This document shows positions 58,336 through 64,000 of a DNA stretch of 64,000 nt, piece by piece. The stretch is from Octopus sinensis (lineage: Eukaryota): NCBI RefSeq assembly GCF_006345805.1, contig NC_042998.1, positions 111,290,001 through 111,354,000 on the forward strand, in the 5' to 3' direction. The translations under genes and the position numbers were made by a program. Position 1 is the stretch's first letter. Each line of letters begins with the position of its first letter. The notes beneath the pieces are model-generated. The model worked only from the letters and a program-made list of their open reading frames with translations. It was not told where the DNA came from and did not search any database.

Positions 58336-61057
58336 TTGTTAGATTAGGACCTTGTCTGTGGCTTCCTTATTAGCTTTCTTTAAAGCTCTCTTAAAAGTGT
58401 CCACGGAACGATCGGCCCTTCCATTCCATCTAGGGTGATACAGTGCCATAGTTTTATGTTCTAGCGTGAACATCTCGCAGAATATTTTAAATTCACAGGA
58501 TACAAACTGTGTTCCGTTATCAGAAACAGTTATATCCGGTACACCAAATCGTGCGAACAACTCGTGTAAGAAAATTATTACCGTATATGAGGCTGGTCGT
58601 TTACACCTCGCGACCTCAAGCCAATTTGTGTAGCTGTCCACTATGTTAAGTAATAATATCCATTTACCGGGCCTGCAAAATTGATACGCAATCGGGACCA
58701 TGGTATTTTCACTTCCGGCCAACGTTCACATTTTGTAGTGATTGTTTTGCTGTCAGCGCACATCCTCTGCAGCCAGGTTTTCATCTTCCCTGTCCATGCT
58801 TGCCCAGTATACAAAACTTCACATCAGCGCTTTCATTCTAGAGATGCCTGGATGCCCCACATGGAACTCTTTTAGCATTCTCTTCTGTAATGTCTGTGGT
58901 ATGACCACCTTCCGAGCGTACATTAGTTCACCACCACATATAGAGTACACGCTCACATCTTGGCAGTTCTTCGCATTAGACCTTTCTTTATTTGCTTTTG
59001 TCGACCGCAGTTTTCTTTTTGTCTTACTAACATTTCTCGCATTTCTTTTTATTTCTCCCAAAGTTACTGGTAATTCACGCACAATATTCCACGTTATTTT
59101 TTTTCTTTCCGCTGCCGCTCTTAGCGCTGTTATTACGATGTCCTCTTGTCCTCTTGCGGTTCGTTATTTCTCGCAATTAACCTAGACTGACCATCGGCAT
59201 GTCCCAACACTTTTGAAGGCAGATATTCCTTTCTATAATCGTAGTTTAATAGAATGGTACCCCACCGCTGCCGTATGTGTCGGGATTCCTTTCTTGGATC
59301 TACATATCGTTATTAGAGGTCTATGGTCCGTTTGCAACCAAAAACATCTGCCGTGAATGAACCTGCGGAACTTTTTCACGCCAAATATAGTAGCCAACGC
59401 TTCTTTTTTAATCTGGCTACAGCTCTTTTCCGCCGGCAATAATGTCCGTGATGTGTGAGCTATGGCTTTACTCCTGTTATTGCTCCTGTCCCATACAGCT
59501 CCTATCCCATACTCGTTAGCATCTGTAGCTAATATTATCTCTAACTTTGGGTCGAAATGCGTAAGATACAAGTCTGAAGTTAGCACGTCTTTTAACTCAT
59601 TAAATGCTTTCTGATATTTCTCTGTCCAAATCTATTTGGCATTTTTTCTAGTAATTCATTAAGTGTTGCCTTTACCTTATGTATATTTGGGATATACACT
59701 TTCTAATAATTTACCAAGCATAGGAATGCTTGTAGCATTGCCACGTTCGTCGGGGGCGGCATATTTCGTATTTCCATCGCACTTGATGGGTCCCGTCTGC
59801 GTCCACTTTCATCGATTACTTGACCTAAGTATTTTGCTCTTCCTATCAAAAATTCGGATTTTCCTCCTGTCAGTTTTAGTCCGTGTTCACTTATTCTCTC
59901 GAATGCTTTCTTTGTGTTCGACATGTTGCACCTGAGACTCGCTCTTTATCAAAATGTCATCGAGATATGCGATGGTGAAGTCACAGTAACTTAACATCGC
60001 ATCCATTATTTGTTGGAATATGGTGGGTGCCACTTTTAATCTAAACAGCTGTCGTTGGAATTTGTACAATCCACGGTGCATGTTGATTGTCAGTAGATGT
60101 GTGCAATCTTCTTACTGAATATGAACGTACGCCTCTGAGAGATCTAGTTTCGAGAAACGTTTCCCTCTGTTTAGTTTAGCAAATACTTCTTCTGGGCTAG
60201 GTAATGAGTAATAGAGTGTGAGTAAACAGTCGTTAAATCCGGCTGAGAAGTCTGCGCACACTCTTAGCTTATTATATTTATTTTTTACGTATACCACCAG
60301 TGTTGCCCAGTCTGCATGGTCAATATTTCCAATTATATTCAAGTTTTCCAACCTTTCTAGTTTATTTATTGAGCTTGTCTACCGCCGCAAACGATACGTT
60401 CTGTTTAGACCTGAAGATATGTGTATAATTTTCTTTGATAGCAATCCTTGTTTTCGCTTTCGTGCATCAGCCTAAAAGTTCCGAAAAATCTTTTGGCAAA
60501 GTTTCTTTCATTTTTTTGTCTCAGTTCATCGACCAAGTTCGACCTATTGACTGCTCTGTTTACATTATAGCACAAAACGCAGCACATATAATAGATCCTG
60601 CACAATATTTATCTTGAAAAACACCCAGAATATAATGCAAGAAACAGTATCTAATGCATCTTAAAAGCACAGAGACATTTTTTCCATCATATATTTTAGT
60701 TATATTACAAAATATTATATATATATATGAAATCTGGCTAAATTTTCTGTAGCTTTACTTTGAAGTGGCAAATGCAAGCCGATACTATTGTATAAAGGGA
60801 TATCCATAATATCCCAGAAAGAAATGTAAGACTATTTCATTATAATGTCCTGAAAACTCCCCACACCCTTGGATTTGTTATCTCCTTCTGTCTAATATAT
60901 ATATATATATATATATATATTAGACCATATATGTGTGTGTGCAATACATACCTACGAACACACACACACACACACAAACACAAACACACACAAACACGCG
61001 CATATATATTTATGTAGATAGATAGATAGATAGATAGATAGATATACATACATATAC

Positions 61058-61124
<67 letters not shown>

Positions 61125-62079
61125 TATATATGTATATATAATGTTTCAGACAGAAAAGAAATACTATACTTTTTAACCATTCAATTACTTGCTACTTATA
61201 GCTGCACAAAATTTTAATATAAGAGAACGTAGTGCAGAGGTAAAAATCAGAATTTTTTCAATGATACCGCTTAACGTTATGTTGGATATGAATGCTATCA
61301 AACTGGATATTTCCCTGATTTTTAAGATCTGCAGCGATTATGAGCAATTTATTGAATATTAAAATTGTTAGTAAACTAGGTTTTCCTTTTTTCATTCTGA
61401 TCTGCCCCCAATGAAAAATAAAAATTAAATTCGAAACAAAGAATCAATTTCACGAATAAAATATTAATCTATTTTTCCGAAAACTCACTTCTCTCAAATT
61501 TCATAAGCAATATGCATTACTAAGAAAATTGTGAAGAAACAAAGTCAGACTTTAAATTCCTGTATTTCGAATTCGGACTTTGAATGTTTAAACCGTACTT
61601 CTGTGCAATCCTGTATTTAACTAAAATATTGACAATTATTTGGTTTTCTTGTTCTAAAACTGCGATGAATGCTTTAGATATTGGGATAAAATTTGAAAAA
61701 TTATGATGAATTTTATAACCAACACTAAAGGGAACACGTGATCTTCCAATTTATTGGGTGCATATTTGTTGGTTAAATCGTATTTTAGCGTGCACTGGAT
61801 CAAAATAATCTTAAAACTTTGAATAAAAAGTTAGAAACACACGCTAAATACTGTATACATATAGTTTCTATATAAAAAAATTATGAAAGGATTTTATGCT
61901 GAACGTATAGATTTATCTTACGGTTAATGATAAAATGATACTCAATCATTGTAAAATACACGCATAATTTCTAGCATCTCGTCCTCTAAACACGAATTGG
62001 ATGTATGCATGTTAATATTGCCAATTTATGTTTGTATGTACGTTTGTATGTATTTAGGTATGTAGGTAGATAGGAGGGA

Positions 62080-63049
62080 AGGCAGCGAGCTGGCAGAAAC
62101 GTTAGCACGCCGGGCGAAAAGCTTAGCAGTATTTTGTCTGCCGCTACGTTCTGAGTTCAAATTCCGCCAAGGTCGACTTTGCCTTTCATCCTTTCGGGGT
62201 CGATTAAATAAGTACCAGTTACGCACTGGGTTTGATATAATCGACTTAATCCATTTGTCTATCCTTGTTTGTCCCTTCTGTGTTTAGCCACTTATGGGTA
62301 GTAAAGAAATAGATATTTCGTCTGCCGCTACGTTCTCAGTTCAAATTCCGCCGAGGTCGACTTTGCCTTTCATCCTTTCGGGGTTGATAAATAAGGTACC
62401 AGTTACGCACTGGAGTCGGTGTAATCGACTTAATCTATTTGTCTGTCCTTGTTTGTCCCCTCTGTGTTTAACCCCTTGTGGGTAATAAAGAAATAGGTAT
62501 TTCGTCTGCCGTTACGTTCTAAGTTCAAATTCTGCCGTGGTCGACTTTGCCTTTCATCCTTTCGGGGTCGATTAAATAAGTACCAGTTACGCACTGGGTT
62601 TGATATAATCGACTTAATCCATTTGTCTGTTCTTGTTTGTCCCCTCTATGTTTAACCCCTTGTGGGTAATAAAGAAATAGGTATTTCGTCTGCCGTTACG
62701 TTCTAAGTTCAAATTCCGCCGATGTCGACTTTGCCTTTCATCCTTTCGGGGTTGATAAATAAGGTACCAGTTACGCACTGGAGTCGGTGTAATCGACTTA
62801 ATCCATTTGTCTGTCCTTGTTTGTCCCCTCTATGTTTAACCCCTTGTGGGTAATAAAGAAATAGGTATTTCGTCTGCCGTTACGTTCTAAGTTCAAACTC
62901 TGCCGAGGTCGACTTTGCCTTTCATCCTTTCGGGGTCGATTAAATAAGTACAAGCTATGCACTGGAGTCGGTGTAATCGACTTAATCCCTTTGCCTGTCT
63001 TTGTTTGTCCCCTCTATGTTTAGCCTCTTGTGAGCAATAAAAAAAATAG
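62080..63049 (+). mobile_element. Meta-like SINE concatemer: one tRNA head plus five 184-bp bodies, followed by (TAGG)n to ~63224
   Basis: Units start at 62130, 62314, 62498, 62682 and 62866. Each has GTTCAAATTCCG (B box-like) and gtcgactttgcctttcatcctttcgggg. Confidence 0.92.
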
Positions 63050-63605
63050 GTAGGTAGGTAGGTAGGTTGGTAGGTAGGAAGGTAGGTAGGTTGGTATGTA
63101 GGTAGGTAGGTTTGTAGGTAGGTAGGTAGGTAGGTTTGTAGGTAGGTAGGTAGGTATGTAGGTAGGTAGGTAGGTAGGTAGGTAGGTAGGTAGGTAGGTA
63201 GGTAGGTAGGTTGGTAGGTAGGTAAGTGTATATTATATGTGAAGGCGCGCGCGTCTTACGGATTATTGTTTTCAGTTCATGATCATAATATCACCGCTCA
63301 ATTTCTGGACTGGGTAAAGTTGTGGCTTTGAGCAAAACTACATTCATTGTTCCAGGCTACTCAGCTGTAATGCAGCTAAGTGCTAATGCAACTGGATACT
63401 AATGCAGTTCGTTGGTACTCATTAAAATTGTCGTGTCCTCCCCTCCTCCTGGTTATTCTGCTTGGTCAGTGGTAGTATAACTGAGAGGAAGACTTTCCAC
63501 GACACTGCAGACGTCTAAAACTATTGGAAAAAACACGCTACGTGTTTTCTAGCAATGTTCGCTCACGAATGACGCCTGTACTATACTGATACACATGCAT
63601 AATCA

Positions 63606-63649
<44 letters not shown>

Positions 63650-64000
63650 GTATTACTACTACTGCTACTGCTGCTGCTGCTGCTGGATGAATGTCAACCT
63701 ACTGCTGGTAGTATCTTTCTAACTACAAGCGGGATTAACAACTCACGTAGTACACGTCTCCATCGTCAGTAGCAACAGCAACACCAACACGAGGAATCTT
63801 TTTATAAAAATAACTGATATTGTTACCGGTAAATAAATGAAGGGATGATTTCAAGACACCAAATTCGAACAAGTGATATTAACCACTATAATGGAAGCTG
63901 AAGAGAAGGGATATTATTTAAAAGCCCCTGATTTAGATAAGAATTGTTGTAAATAGTCTACATCAGAAGAAAACATATTTCCAAATATTATAAATCACGT

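Larger units (their letters stand above)
57437..60540 (-). mobile_element. 5'-truncated, decayed Gypsy LTR retrotransposon (RT-RNaseH-integrase)
   Basis: LRVCADFS, FSKLDLSEAY, IAYLDDILI; LATDANEYGIGAV, LQTDHRPL; FHVGHPGISRMK; FARFGVPDITVSDNGTQF, YHPRWNGRADRSV. No gag or 5' LTR seen. Confidence 0.92.

Noticed and set aside
62130-63049. CRISPR-like regular array
   Set aside because: Whole units are repeated with no unique spacers. It is a SINE sequence and there are no cas genes.

Overview
Repeat-dense, AT-rich eukaryotic DNA. The SINE families and microsatellite load suggest an octopus (coleoid cephalopod) genome; this is an inference from repeat recognition, not a database result. I see no intact cellular gene. 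Most ORFs in the track are microsatellite read-throughs or transposon fragments. Recognisable content: mariner and hAT relics, a Penelope-like element (PLE) with a GIY-YIG endonuclease and inverted pseudo-LTRs, a ~7.5 kb Helitron with both termini, a near full-length R4/Dong-type RLE non-LTR retrotransposon in a cluster of relatives, CR1 and Tx1/L1 fragments, a truncated Gypsy with one LTR, and several tRNA-derived SINEs. Weak traces of a decayed Cys-rich (EGF/fucolectin-like) gene lie on the minus strand. The most notable signal is a set of type I hammerhead ribozymes (HHRs). A non-coding ~500-bp unit carrying an intact HHR occurs as a tandem-plus-inverted array of four ribozymes (1141-2860), resembling a retrozyme. 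A different intact HHR sits in both PLE pseudo-LTRs, and several decayed HHRs occur elsewhere. The array, the PLE and the 26.1-26.8 kb fold-back each lie between (TA)n tracts. Coordinates of degenerate elements are approximate, read by eye.
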